DNA of 64,000 nucleotides from a virus. The DNA lies in the IMG/VR virus record IMGVR_UViG_3300009168_000041, positions 23,601 to 87,600 of that record. One strand, 5' to 3'. This document shows, one piece after another, positions 48,739 through 57,830 of the stretch. Under the pieces are notes generated by a model, which saw nothing but the letters and a program-made list of their open reading frames with translations, did not search any database and was not told where the DNA came from. Position numbers and translations under genes: made by a program. Every line of letters starts with the position of its first letter. Position 1 is the stretch's first letter.

Positions 48739-48908
48739 ACGGCCGCGCGGCTGGGTTTCGTACACCTTTTTGCGATTGTGTTTGCGTCAGCCTACGCCCG
48801 TGTATCGGGCAATGTGTTCCTCTGGCTTTCAGTCAGAAGGAGAACCATCATGCACTCGGCGGGCCAAAACCCGCCAACCCTCGTGAGACTACATGCTCGC
48901 GAGGGCAT

Positions 48909-48980
48909 CGTGGGGTTGAGAAGTGGTCTCTCGCCAGCCTCATACGCTGGAGCACGCTGGTTCGATCCCAGCCCCCACGA
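48909..48980 (+). tRNA. tRNA with CAT anticodon (Met-type), CCA not encoded
   Basis: CGTGGGG/CCCCACG; D stem GAGA/TCTC; CCAGC-CTCATAC-GCTGG; GCTGG-TTCGATC-CCAGC. Confidence 0.88.
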
Positions 48981-49141
48981 CTTGAAGGACCTTCGTACCG
49001 GCGCAAAACGATGCCAGGAAAGTGGGCCGGCAAGCCCCTGGTGGCCAAGCAGGCACGGCCAAGAGTGCGGAGTAGCTTATCGGTTGGGACCGCAAGCAGC
49101 CTGATGAACGAAACCGACGTTCCGGTGAGAGGCCGGATTTG

Positions 49142-49276
49142 GGAGCGGCGGCGTGGAGGGTGTACACGCTTCCTGTAGCGTATTCAAGGCCAAGCCTGCC
49201 CTTGACTCGCGGGCACGCGAGGAACGTCTACAGGTGACCACGAAAAAGGCTGCCGGTTCGACTCCGGCCCGCTCCA
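49142..49276 (+). ncRNA. tRNA-like RNA B with branched domain replacing the anticodon loop
   Basis: GGAGCGG/CCGCTCC-A; D arm GCGT/ACGC; T arm GCCGG-TTCGACT-CCGGC; CCTGTAG/CTACAGG stem enclosing two hairpins. Confidence 0.7.
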
Positions 49277-49285
49277 CTTGAGTAC

Positions 49286-49414
49286 GCGGCGGCGGCGCGG
49301 AACGTGACCGCGCCGGCGCAAGTGACAGGCTATGCGACCCCTTCACCAAGGGTCAAGTGACTGGCCTTGAGCGCTGGGATGGTATCCCGTCGGCTGAAAT
49401 GTCGGCCCGCCGCG
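49286..49414 (+). ncRNA. tRNA-like RNA C (same architecture as B, degenerate T-loop)
   Basis: GCGGCGG/CCGCCGC; GCGC-11nt-GCGC; extended CGGCGC/GCGCTG arm; GTCGGC-TGAAAT-GTCGGC. Confidence 0.5.
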
Positions 49415-49703
49415 TGCTCTTTGAACAATTTGAACAAAAGGAACCTCACCGGTCGGCTTGTCGCCGGCCCTCGCCGCGGCGGCTGATTTCGCTAGGGGCT
49501 GCCGCGGCGGGATTTTGAAAAGGGATGAGCGATGAACCGCTGCCCTAACTGCAACGCGAAGTACGTCTCCGACAACTGGGGCATCGTCGAGTGGAAGTGT
49601 GGCACGTGGGCGAATCTACTTACTGGGCTCGTAGAACAGTCCAAAGAGTGCGAGCGGCGTGTTGCGGCACTCGCCGTGTCGCCACCTCCGAGGGAGTATC
49701 GCA

Positions 49704-49946
49704 ATGGCTAAGAAAGAGCGGTGGTGGCTGACGAGGGACACGCGGGCCGGGAGCCCATACGAGATGTATGTGGGCGAAGAACCGCATATAGGGCAATATG
49801 GTGAGTATACATCCTTTTCGTTCACCGCACTCCCGATATGCCGCTACGACTTCGAGCGGTTCTACCCGCGCCTTCGCTTGAAGCCCGGACAGTGCAAGGA
49901 GATCGAGCGGCCCGGGATCGCGTTTGTGGCGAGGAAGGGCAAATGA
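49704..49946 (+). CDS. Hypothetical protein
   Basis: GAGGGAG RBS; ATGA-coupled. Confidence 0.6.
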   Translation: MAKKERWWLTRDTRAGSPYEMYVGEEPHIGQYGEYTSFSFTALPICRYDFERFYPRLRLKPGQCKEIERPGIAFVARKGK

Positions 49947-50176
49947 AGACCGACTATAAGTTTATCATCTTCCGCACAGACAGCGAAGAACCCGGTGGCT
50001 GGATCTGCATGAATCGCAAGACAGCCAGCTACATGGGGTGCGTCTGCTGGTATGCAAACTGGAAACAATGGATTTTCGAGCAGATTAGCGGCTCGACGAT
50101 ATGGTCGCACGACTGCCTGACGGACGTAGCGGACTTCTTGAAGCAACTGAACGCCGAGGGAAAACCACGCTCATAA
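49943..50176 (+). CDS. Hypothetical protein
   Basis: G...WY..WKQW.F...TIWSHDCL..VADF. Confidence 0.65.
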   Translation: MKTDYKFIIFRTDSEEPGGWICMNRKTASYMGCVCWYANWKQWIFEQISGSTIWSHDCLTDVADFLKQLNAEGKPRS

Positions 50177-50191
50177 CGAAAGGACTCGCAA

Positions 50192-50359
50192 ATGCTCGTT
50201 CTCAGCAGGAAACCAGGTGAGAAAGTCAACGTCGGCGACATTACCGTCACGGTGGTGGCTGTCCGCGGCGGCCGGGTCAAGCTGGGCTTTGAGGGCCCGG
50301 CCGAGGTGCGCGTGCTGCGGACGGAACTGGTCGAGAAGAAAGACGAGGAGACGCCATGA
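50192..50359 (+). CDS. csrA: Carbon storage regulator CsrA
   Basis: MLVLSRKPGEKVNVGDITVTVVAVRGGRVKLGFEGPAEVRVLRTEL (55 aa, not in ORF track). Confidence 0.93.
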   Translation: MLVLSRKPGEKVNVGDITVTVVAVRGGRVKLGFEGPAEVRVLRTELVEKKDEETP

Positions 50360-50616
50360 AAGCTAGGAAGACCGAACGCGGGTTTGTGTGTGTCGGTCAC
50401 CGATCGTATCCGAACAGGGAAGAAGACCTTCGGCTCATTCAGGAGTCGTCCGCAATAAACTTCGATTACGATGATGCCCTCGACCGGCCAGGCAGTAGTT
50501 ACCTGTGGGTCGGCGACTCTCACCACCTCAACCGCGAAGAGGTTAGGGAACTCATCAGCCGGATGCAGCACTGGCTCGACACTGGCCGCCTGGCCGTAGA
50601 CGAGGAGACGCCATGA
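50356..50616 (+). CDS. Hypothetical phage protein
   Basis: TERGF...IQESSA...LWVG...HLNREEV; flanked by 19-bp direct repeats. Confidence 0.7.
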   Translation: MKARKTERGFVCVGHRSYPNREEDLRLIQESSAINFDYDDALDRPGSSYLWVGDSHHLNREEVRELISRMQHWLDTGRLAVDEETP

Positions 50617-51125
50617 GCGAACACGCGCCGCTACCGTGGTCTGTAGGTATCACAGACGGTGGGGAAATGGAAACGATTTTTGACGCCAACCATGAGGTGG
50701 TTGCGCACTGCTGTGTCAGTGGCTTGGCCCGCGAGGAATGTGAGGCCAACGCCGCCCTGGTCGCCCGCGCCGTCAGCGCGCACGAGAAGCTGGTGACAGC
50801 GTGCAAGGAATGCGAAAGACTGCTGAGTGCAATCTGTGAGGTAGTCTGCCCAGGCAATCCGCCACCATACGGTGCAGAGGTGCTAGCCCTCACACGCGCC
50901 GCCATCGCCGCTGCGGAGGGGCAAGCCGTGATTGACGCACACACGATTTCCGAAGAGGCACTCGTTATTGCGTTTGTCCAAGGTGCCAAATGGTGGGAAT
51001 GGTACAAGGAATGTGCAACCATGTGGCCATCGGATCGCGACCTTGCCGAAGCCGCGGCCCAAGCACGACTGAACGATGGCACATTGGGAAAGAAGGTCAA
51101 TCCCACGGCGGAGGGCAAGCCATGA
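50613..51125 (+). CDS. Hypothetical protein, probable fusion of two small genes
   Basis: HAPLPW...EANAALVARA module plus AFVQGAKWWE module. Confidence 0.6.
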   Translation: MSEHAPLPWSVGITDGGEMETIFDANHEVVAHCCVSGLAREECEANAALVARAVSAHEKLVTACKECERLLSAICEVVCPGNPPPYGAEVLALTRAAIAAAEGQAVIDAHTISEEALVIAFVQGAKWWEWYKECATMWPSDRDLAEAAAQARLNDGTLGKKVNPTAEGKP

Positions 51126-51541
51126 TTGAGACAAAACCGTTTTCGTTGGGGGTTGTTCTCACGATAACCACGGGCCGGCTATGTAGCCCGATGGGCAGCG
51201 TTTACGACATCCTCAATTGGATGACGAAGGACAGCCTGTTTACCCACCAGTTGCCGCGCGCGGTGAGGGAATGTGCGCCGTGGTTGTTCCGATGGTTTCC
51301 GGAATTGGCGACGGTTGACGAAATCGACTTGGCACGTATGGACTCCGCTATCGAGGAGTTGGGGGCAGAAAAGGGCGTCGAGCGTTGGCTTGGTGATGTA
51401 CAGCGTCTTCGCGGTCTTAGAGACTGCTACGAGGTTCCGCGTATTCCAGCCGACGATCACGAGCGGAAAGACCCATACGACGAACTGGTCACTATGCGAG
51501 GAACCGACGAGGGAATCATCATCCTAGGAAACCATCCGTGA
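51122..51541 (+). CDS. Hypothetical phage protein
   Basis: FSLGVVLTITTGRL...YDILNWMT..SLFTHQLPR. Confidence 0.7.
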   Translation: MIETKPFSLGVVLTITTGRLCSPMGSVYDILNWMTKDSLFTHQLPRAVRECAPWLFRWFPELATVDEIDLARMDSAIEELGAEKGVERWLGDVQRLRGLRDCYEVPRIPADDHERKDPYDELVTMRGTDEGIIILGNHP

Positions 51542-51771
51542 TCGACTCATCCAAGCTCATCGCCGCCGAGCGCGAGCGGCAGGCCCGCGAGGACGCCCTC
51601 TACGGCGACATCTGCGGCGGGCCGGAGCCGGTCAATCAGTTTCCAAAGTACGTCGAGTCTCTGGAGAAAGAAAACCGGGCGTTGCGGGCGGAAGTCAACG
51701 GGCTTCGGGCGAAGCTCGGGATGGGGCGGAAATACGTGGAGTGGGGAGATACACCAAGGAGCGAGCGATGA
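51538..51771 (+). CDS. Small coiled-coil protein
   Basis: GTGA-coupled. Confidence 0.5.
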   Translation: MIDSSKLIAAERERQAREDALYGDICGGPEPVNQFPKYVESLEKENRALRAEVNGLRAKLGMGRKYVEWGDTPRSER

Positions 51772-52070
51772 CAGCGGAATCGCCGGTGACCTACTGGGAC
51801 GTGCCCGACGCGGGGTCGCTGAAGAGGGAAAGAACCAACGGAGTCTGAACAAGCCGAACTGGAGCATCCGATGACATCTAAGAAGAAGACGCCGAAGCCG
51901 AAGACTAAACAACAGCCGTTTCTGTGTAACACGCTGGATTGCCGGCTGGCGGTTCGCGAGAACGGTGATGGGCGATTGTGGATTATCGCGCCGAAGGAAG
52001 GTGCATTGATGAAGTGTGCCACCGCCACGCGACTTGTCGCGTGGCTGAATGACTGGCTAAAGGAGAACCC

Positions 52071-52481
52071 ATGACCCGCGAAGAGTGGATTTTGAGCCAA
52101 CCGTGGTGGAGAGCTGAAAACAGCAGGGACGCGATTATATGCGATCCAATGCCGGAAGACCGGTCAATTCACGGGGATTACCCACCGATCGTGATTGTTC
52201 ACAGTTCTTTAGGCGGGCGCGTTCTCGACCACATTGTCGCGATTCACAACGGAAGCCTAAATTGGATGCCGGGCGACCCGCCCCGACCTGAGAAGAGTCG
52301 TTTAGGCGAGCTATTCGCGGCCTTTAGTGAGGAACTCGAAAGGCGGACGATACTTCTGGAGCGATTACTGGATGCCGCAACAAAGCAGGTTGACCGTGCT
52401 TTGGCTATCCACCAGGAACCCGCCAGGGCGGCCGGCGAACACGACACAGAAAAGGGGCAATCACAAAAGAAGGGGGCTTGA
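52071..52481 (+). CDS. Hypothetical protein
   Basis: AAGGAG RBS. Confidence 0.5.
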   Translation: MTREEWILSQPWWRAENSRDAIICDPMPEDRSIHGDYPPIVIVHSSLGGRVLDHIVAIHNGSLNWMPGDPPRPEKSRLGELFAAFSEELERRTILLERLLDAATKQVDRALAIHQEPARAAGEHDTEKGQSQKKGA

Positions 52482-52497
52482 AAGAAGAGGGACAATC

Positions 52498-53172
52498 ATG
52501 AATACCACCATTATTTTCGACATCGAAACCGGCGGCCTGCCAGAGGCAGAGTTGCGGGCCCTGTACCGCGAGCCGACATTCGAGGAATTCGCGGCGGAGT
52601 GCGACCAGCGATGGAAGCCGGAAACGAAGGCCGCGAAGTGGGAAGAGGCAAGAGCGAGTGGGTGGAATCGGTTTGTCGAACGGGCGGCACTCTCGCCGCT
52701 GACCGGGCAGGTGCTGGCGGTGGGGGTGTATTACGCGGGGCGGCCGGAACCGATAGAGATTTTCAGCGAAGACGAGCCGGACATTCTTGCTCGATTTTGG
52801 GACCTGGTTGACGACGACGCCTCACTTTTCATCGGCCACAACATTCATGGGTTTGACCTACCATTTTTCGTTCGCCGCTCGTGGAAGCATCGCATTGCCG
52901 TCCCCGAGGGTCTCATCGAACGCAACCGCTATTGGTCGCCGCGGTTCATCGACACGATGGCCGTTTGGTCGGCCGGCGATCGCAACGGCACGGTGAGCCT
53001 CGATACCCTGGCTAGATTCTTCGGCGTCGGCCAGAAGCCAGAGGGGATCGGCGGCGGCGATTTCGCGCGGCTGTGGGCGGGGACAGTGGATGAGAGAAGA
53101 AAAGCGATTACGTACCTCAGGAACGATTTGGATATGACGGCCGCGGTGGCGGAAAGGATGGGGCTGCTGTGA
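52498..53172 (+). CDS. 3'-5' exonuclease (DnaQ/PolB-like DEDDy)
   Basis: FDIET, GHNIHGFDLPF, IDTM, SLD.LA, YLRND. Confidence 0.88.
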   Translation: MNTTIIFDIETGGLPEAELRALYREPTFEEFAAECDQRWKPETKAAKWEEARASGWNRFVERAALSPLTGQVLAVGVYYAGRPEPIEIFSEDEPDILARFWDLVDDDASLFIGHNIHGFDLPFFVRRSWKHRIAVPEGLIERNRYWSPRFIDTMAVWSAGDRNGTVSLDTLARFFGVGQKPEGIGGGDFARLWAGTVDERRKAITYLRNDLDMTAAVAERMGLL

Positions 53173-53558
53173 AACTCACGGAAAAAGAGAAGAGAATTTT
53201 GGAGCGATTGCCCAACGAACTGAGGATGCTCTATCACGATATTGATAACGCACGCGAACAGATGGCCGAAGCGGTGCGAAACGGCGAAATTGACGAGTGG
53301 CTATACAAGCGATGGGTTGTGTTAGTGGTCAGGAAGTTTTTTGAATAACTAGTCTTCTGATTGAAGCAAGGTTGCGGCGGTAACGCAGACAGCCTGCAAT
53401 GAGCATTAACTGGATACTCATGGCGACTCCTCGGGAAAGTTTCCAGACCAACCGAGAGGACAAACGCCAACCGGTGCAATTCCGGCCCGCCGCATTGAAG
53501 AGAGAACTGAGAGAGACAAAAGGGGCATTTTCGTTTTCGACACAGGAGGAAGCCAGAC

Positions 53559-55028
53559 ATGGGGAGACACAAGGAGCTTAATTTTTCACCGGGCAGGCTG
53601 TGGCCCAAAACGCCTTCCGGCCAGGACCTGGAGATTGAAGTCTTCGGGGCCACTGGCGAGTACCAGGCGGGCAAGACGATCCTGGGGCTGTCGATTGCCC
53701 CGGGGACGCACCCTGCCGGGCATCCGTTCGCGGGCCAACCGCGGACGCTCGTGCTCGACATGGAGAAGAGTAGCGGCACCTACGCGGGCACCGGGTGCAA
53801 GCGGATCGACGTGCCGGCCGAAATGCTGAAGAAGTTCGGCCAGAAGCCTTACGGGGCAATCGACGTGTTCCGGTGGTTCAACGAGGACCTGATCGGCTCT
53901 GTCGCTGCCGGTCAGTATGATGTGATTCTGGCCGACCCGGTTACGGATATCGAATCCGGCATGGTGGAGTTCGTGAAGACAAACTGCCAGTCGTTTGGGC
54001 TGACGACCAACCAGATTCAGAAGAGCGGCGGGCTACTCTGGGGCGTAGTCAAGGACTTCTGGAAGCAGATCCTCCTGAAGCTGTCCAGCCGGTGCCGTTG
54101 CTTTTACTTCACGGCTCACATGCGGGATGTGTGGGCCGGCGACAAGCCCAGCGGCAGGCGGGAACCCAAAGGAAAAGAGACACTCATGGAACTCTCTTCC
54201 CTCTACCTACTTTTGGAACGCAAGCCGGACAAGGACGGCCGCGTCCCCGCCGAGCCCTCGGCAATCGTGCTCAAGCAACGGCTCGCCGATACCGTCATCC
54301 AGGATGGCCAGTTGCGGATTGTCAATCTGATGCCGCCGCGGCTGCCAGTGGCGACGTACATGAGCATTTGCCGGTACATCGCCAGCCCGCCGGACTACGG
54401 CAAATTGAAGGACGGCGAATTGGCACCCGAGGAAACCATGTCGGCCGATGATCGGCTTCGCATGGAAGTGGCGAAAGCCGAGGCGGAGCGGGATTCCCAT
54501 GCCAGCCGGCTCGCCATCATCCAACGCCAAGGGGAATTACAGGCGGCGGACAGAGCGGCACGGGCCGCGGCCCCGGCGGCGTCTGACCAGTCGGCGCGGC
54601 TGCAAGCCGAGCGGACGGAGAAGAAGGCGGCCAATGCCGCAGCGGAGGCCGCAAAGGCGGCTGAGGCGGCCGAGGCTGCGGCGGCATCATCCAAGGAAAG
54701 CGGTGGTGCCAGCAATGATTCAGGCGGCGGCAAGCCGCCCAGCCTCATCGAGCAAGCATTCAACGCCGCTGGGGCCCCACCGCCCCCGACCCCGCCCTGG
54801 GAGCCACTGGCCAGCCAGGAAATGGTTGCGAGCATCGCGGGCGCGATTCGCGACCTGAAGTTCAGCCGAGATACCGTGGCTGCCCTTTGCGAGCGAATGG
54901 GGGTCAAGTGCATCCCCGAGCTTTCGCAGGCGAAGGCCGAAGACTTGCTTCGGCGGCTGGAAGAGCGGCTGGCGAAGGCCAGAGCGGGTGGAGGGGCGGC
55001 CGGCTCGTCAAACGCCGCAATCCCTTAG
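53559..55028 (+). CDS. P-loop ATPase (AAA_24/Sak4-like recombinase candidate)
   Basis: GEYQAGKT, LDME, ILAD, FTAH; lies between exonuclease and SSB-like genes. Confidence 0.65.
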   Translation: MGRHKELNFSPGRLWPKTPSGQDLEIEVFGATGEYQAGKTILGLSIAPGTHPAGHPFAGQPRTLVLDMEKSSGTYAGTGCKRIDVPAEMLKKFGQKPYGAIDVFRWFNEDLIGSVAAGQYDVILADPVTDIESGMVEFVKTNCQSFGLTTNQIQKSGGLLWGVVKDFWKQILLKLSSRCRCFYFTAHMRDVWAGDKPSGRREPKGKETLMELSSLYLLLERKPDKDGRVPAEPSAIVLKQRLADTVIQDGQLRIVNLMPPRLPVATYMSICRYIASPPDYGKLKDGELAPEETMSADDRLRMEVAKAEAERDSHASRLAIIQRQGELQAADRAARAAAPAASDQSARLQAERTEKKAANAAAEAAKAAEAAEAAAASSKESGGASNDSGGGKPPSLIEQAFNAAGAPPPPTPPWEPLASQEMVASIAGAIRDLKFSRDTVAALCERMGVKCIPELSQAKAEDLLRRLEERLAKARAGGGAAGSSNAAIP

Positions 55029-55277
55029 CAACGGAGCGGCCCTGGTTGGCGGCCGATTGGTGGCCTGGGCCGCTCCGAACGCTGGTGGCTCGCTACGGGG
55101 GCGAGCGAGTGCGCGAAGTTGGGCTGGCAGTTCTCGGATTCCCACCCGACGCTTTTGGATGCGACAGCAAGCAGTTTTCGGAATTGAGTAAGGCGTTGGA
55201 AGTTGCGTGAACGAAAGTCACGCGAACGAAGTTACGCGAACGAAGTTACTTGAACCCAAAACAGACGGACGAATCTC

Positions 55278-55805
55278 ATGGCACACGATTTTGACTTTGA
55301 CGACATTCCCGAGTCATTTGAGGGCTTTGACAAGGTGGTGGCCGGCAATTACCATTTTGAGGTTTCCGGCATCGACGAAAGCGGCGGCAAGAACGGCTCG
55401 ATGTGGGTTGACTGCGAAGTGTTGGCCGGCTCGACGCCCAACCAGGAAGGCAAGTCGCACCGCGAGTATTTCACCTGGCCGGCGGCCAACCAGGACCCGA
55501 AGGCGAAGGCGGCGACAGCGAAGCGGGTGCTGCAATTCGCCATCGCCGTCGGGCTGACGACGGAGGAGGAGTTGAAGGCGTTGAAGGCGGCCGGAAAGCG
55601 GCCCGCCATCGACTTCAACTTAGCCGTCGGCCGGCAGTTCGTCGGCAAGCTGACTGAGGACAAGTATGAGGGGAAGGTTAACTACAAGTTGGGCTACGAT
55701 TTCTGGCCCATCGGGCACCCGTCGGCCGCCGGCATCCCGTTGAACGCAGCGAAGATCGCCAAGGCCGGCGACAACGCGGCCGACCCGCTGGACGGGCTGG
55801 TGTAG
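55278..55805 (+). CDS. Putative phage single-stranded DNA-binding protein (DUF669-like)
   Basis: AGNYHFEV...VDCEVLAG...VGRQF; acidic termini; context. Confidence 0.6.
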   Translation: MAHDFDFDDIPESFEGFDKVVAGNYHFEVSGIDESGGKNGSMWVDCEVLAGSTPNQEGKSHREYFTWPAANQDPKAKAATAKRVLQFAIAVGLTTEEELKALKAAGKRPAIDFNLAVGRQFVGKLTEDKYEGKVNYKLGYDFWPIGHPSAAGIPLNAAKIAKAGDNAADPLDGLV

Positions 55806-55858
55806 TCTGGCGTAGAACCGCAAGCGTTCGCCAAGAGCCCAAGGAAGGCCCCACCAGC

Positions 55859-56842
55859 ATGTCTGCCGCTTCCTCGCTTCCGCACCGGCCGGCTCGTTCG
55901 GTTGAAGAAATCACCGGCGAGTACCAGTACACGAAAAACGTGTTCGGCTCTGGCGACGACCAGACCATCATCGGCGTCTTGCGAGATGGAAAGATTGTCA
56001 AAGGCAAGGCCGATTCGGAAGCGTTGGAGGCGGGGCTGACGTACCTGTTCCTTGGGTACTGGTCTGAGCATCCCAAGTACGGCCCGCAATTTCTTTTCAA
56101 CTCGTTCACGTTGGCATCGCCGTCTGGCCATCGCGGCGTGGTGCGATATCTCGTGCGGTGCAAGGGCATCGGCGGGCGGCGGGCCGAACTCATCTGGGCG
56201 AAGTACGGCCCGGATTCTGTCAAGGTTCTTCGGGAGTCGCCGGAAGTGGTGGCCGCGGCGATTCCCGGCTTGAGCGTGGACGCGGCCCGCGAAGCATCCG
56301 GCTTCCTCCGGTCGATTGCCGCCACCGAGCGGGTGACAATCGAACTCACAGAGTTGCTCGCGGGCCGCAACTTTCCGCGGGCCCTTGCCGGCTGGCTGAT
56401 ACGCGACTTCGGCGAGCGGGCTCCGGGAGCGATCCGAGACAACCCATACATTCTGGTCAGGTATCGTGGGGTGGGCTTCCTAAGAACGGATACACTGTAC
56501 TTGCAGCTTGGGAAGGACCCGGCGGCAATTGAGCGGCAGGGGCGGTGCGCGTGGTACGCATTGCACAGCGATTCCGAGGGGCACGTCTGGTTTCCGGTGG
56601 CGGTGGCGACGGACGCACTTAAGAAAAGCATCGCCGGGACAGACGTGAAGCCAGAAGAGGCGTTGCGGTGGGCGGCGGGTGAAAGCCTGTTGGTGTTCAA
56701 GGAAGTGGAGGGCGTGCGGTGGGTGGCAGAGAGCGATAAGGCGGTGGTCGAGGCGAAGCTGGCGGCGTATGTGCATCAGGCGGAAGTGGAGGGAGCGGCA
56801 GGGGATTTGAATGGGAAGCATTTCCAAAACGCCAGCAACTAA
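55859..56842 (+). CDS. recD2: RecD2-like helicase, N-terminal half (HhH region)
   Basis: GYWSEHPKYGPQF, KGIG..RA, IRDNPY.L...GVGFLRTD, SEGHVW. Confidence 0.85.
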   Translation: MSAASSLPHRPARSVEEITGEYQYTKNVFGSGDDQTIIGVLRDGKIVKGKADSEALEAGLTYLFLGYWSEHPKYGPQFLFNSFTLASPSGHRGVVRYLVRCKGIGGRRAELIWAKYGPDSVKVLRESPEVVAAAIPGLSVDAAREASGFLRSIAATERVTIELTELLAGRNFPRALAGWLIRDFGERAPGAIRDNPYILVRYRGVGFLRTDTLYLQLGKDPAAIERQGRCAWYALHSDSEGHVWFPVAVATDALKKSIAGTDVKPEEALRWAAGESLLVFKEVEGVRWVAESDKAVVEAKLAAYVHQAEVEGAAGDLNGKHFQNASN

Positions 56843-57830
56843 AAACACAACAGGCAATTGCCATTCAATAGCCGGGGACCGACGGTCTAACCAGACGAAA
56901 GTGCCCATTGTGTACTTTGACCTTGTGACATTCCCCGAGATTCCCAGCGAGAAGCCAAGAATTAAAATCGGCGAGTCAGGAGATCACGAAAAACGACGGA
57001 AGCAAAACGAAAAACCAAAGCTTGGAATCGAGTTTAATGTCGATCATCTCTGTGTGATTCGCGGTACACGAGCTGATGAACAACAGTTGTTGCGATACTT
57101 CAAAAAACACAGGTTAGAGAACGATGAGGAGACGTTTTGGCCACACGAGGAATTGGTAGACTACATTCGCTGGTTACGAGATCAGTGGTTTGTGTGGGTG
57201 CCAGACGACGACCAATCCCCATCGATCGAAGACCTTGACTGTGTTGATGCTTCACTCTGGATGCCAAATTCAGAACGCATGACGCCGCCGCCAATCCAGA
57301 AAGGCTTGTTTTCCGAGTATGGAATCCTAAACCTTCCTCCGCGGCAATTAACGATTGACGATTTCTTTACCAACGAAGTTATTATCAGGGCCGCTAGACG
57401 AACTCTTGGGTGGATTGACCTCGACCCGGCTTCTCATGCCGTGGCAAACAGAGTTATTAAAGCCACGCGGTTTTACACAGCTAGCAATAGTGCTTTAACC
57501 CGCAAATGGGAAGGGCGAGTCTGGTTGAATCCTCCATTCAGTCAGTGGGAACAATGGGTTCCCAAGATTGTCAACGAGTGGCAGAGCGGACGTATTCAAG
57601 CAATGTGTATCCTTTGTGCAACGCGGACTCTCACAGCCAAGTATTTTCACCCAATACACGCTTCCTGCACGGGGTTGTGCATTTTATACGGCAGAATTCC
57701 ATTCTGGGGTGGACGGGCCGCAACACCTGACGATGGTCATGCTGTCTTCTATTTTGGAAATGATATCGCAAGATTCAATCAGGAATTTTCGGACATTGGG
57801 TCCATATATACAAAGGCGCAATCGCTATGA
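56811..57830 (+). CDS. Phage Dam-like N6-adenine methyltransferase with N-terminal GIY-YIG-like region
   Basis: IKIGES...EQQL..YF...E.F; IDLDPAS, VWLNPPF, GRIPF; low GC. Confidence 0.8.
   Translation: MGSISKTPATKNTTGNCHSIAGDRRSNQTKVPIVYFDLVTFPEIPSEKPRIKIGESGDHEKRRKQNEKPKLGIEFNVDHLCVIRGTRADEQQLLRYFKKHRLENDEETFWPHEELVDYIRWLRDQWFVWVPDDDQSPSIEDLDCVDASLWMPNSERMTPPPIQKGLFSEYGILNLPPRQLTIDDFFTNEVIIRAARRTLGWIDLDPASHAVANRVIKATRFYTASNSALTRKWEGRVWLNPPFSQWEQWVPKIVNEWQSGRIQAMCILCATRTLTAKYFHPIHASCTGLCILYGRIPFWGGRAATPDDGHAVFYFGNDIARFNQEFSDIGSIYTKAQSL

Noticed and set aside
47936-48886. 316-aa ORF across the ncRNA region
   Set aside because: TTG start, no RBS, random-looking composition; overlaps RNA structures and a better small ORF.
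48875-48900. GAGACTAC resembling a group I intron P7 element
   Set aside because: No matching downstream S element, no other core helices, no interrupted host gene.
49080-49125. CTGATGA..GAAAC hammerhead-like core
   Set aside because: Stem II is only 2 nt and stem I cannot form.
55207-55248. Short tandem repeats CGCGAACGAAGTTA (also 12-mers near 4190-4245 and 32548-32581)
   Set aside because: Two to four degenerate copies, explicable by slippage; no supported function.
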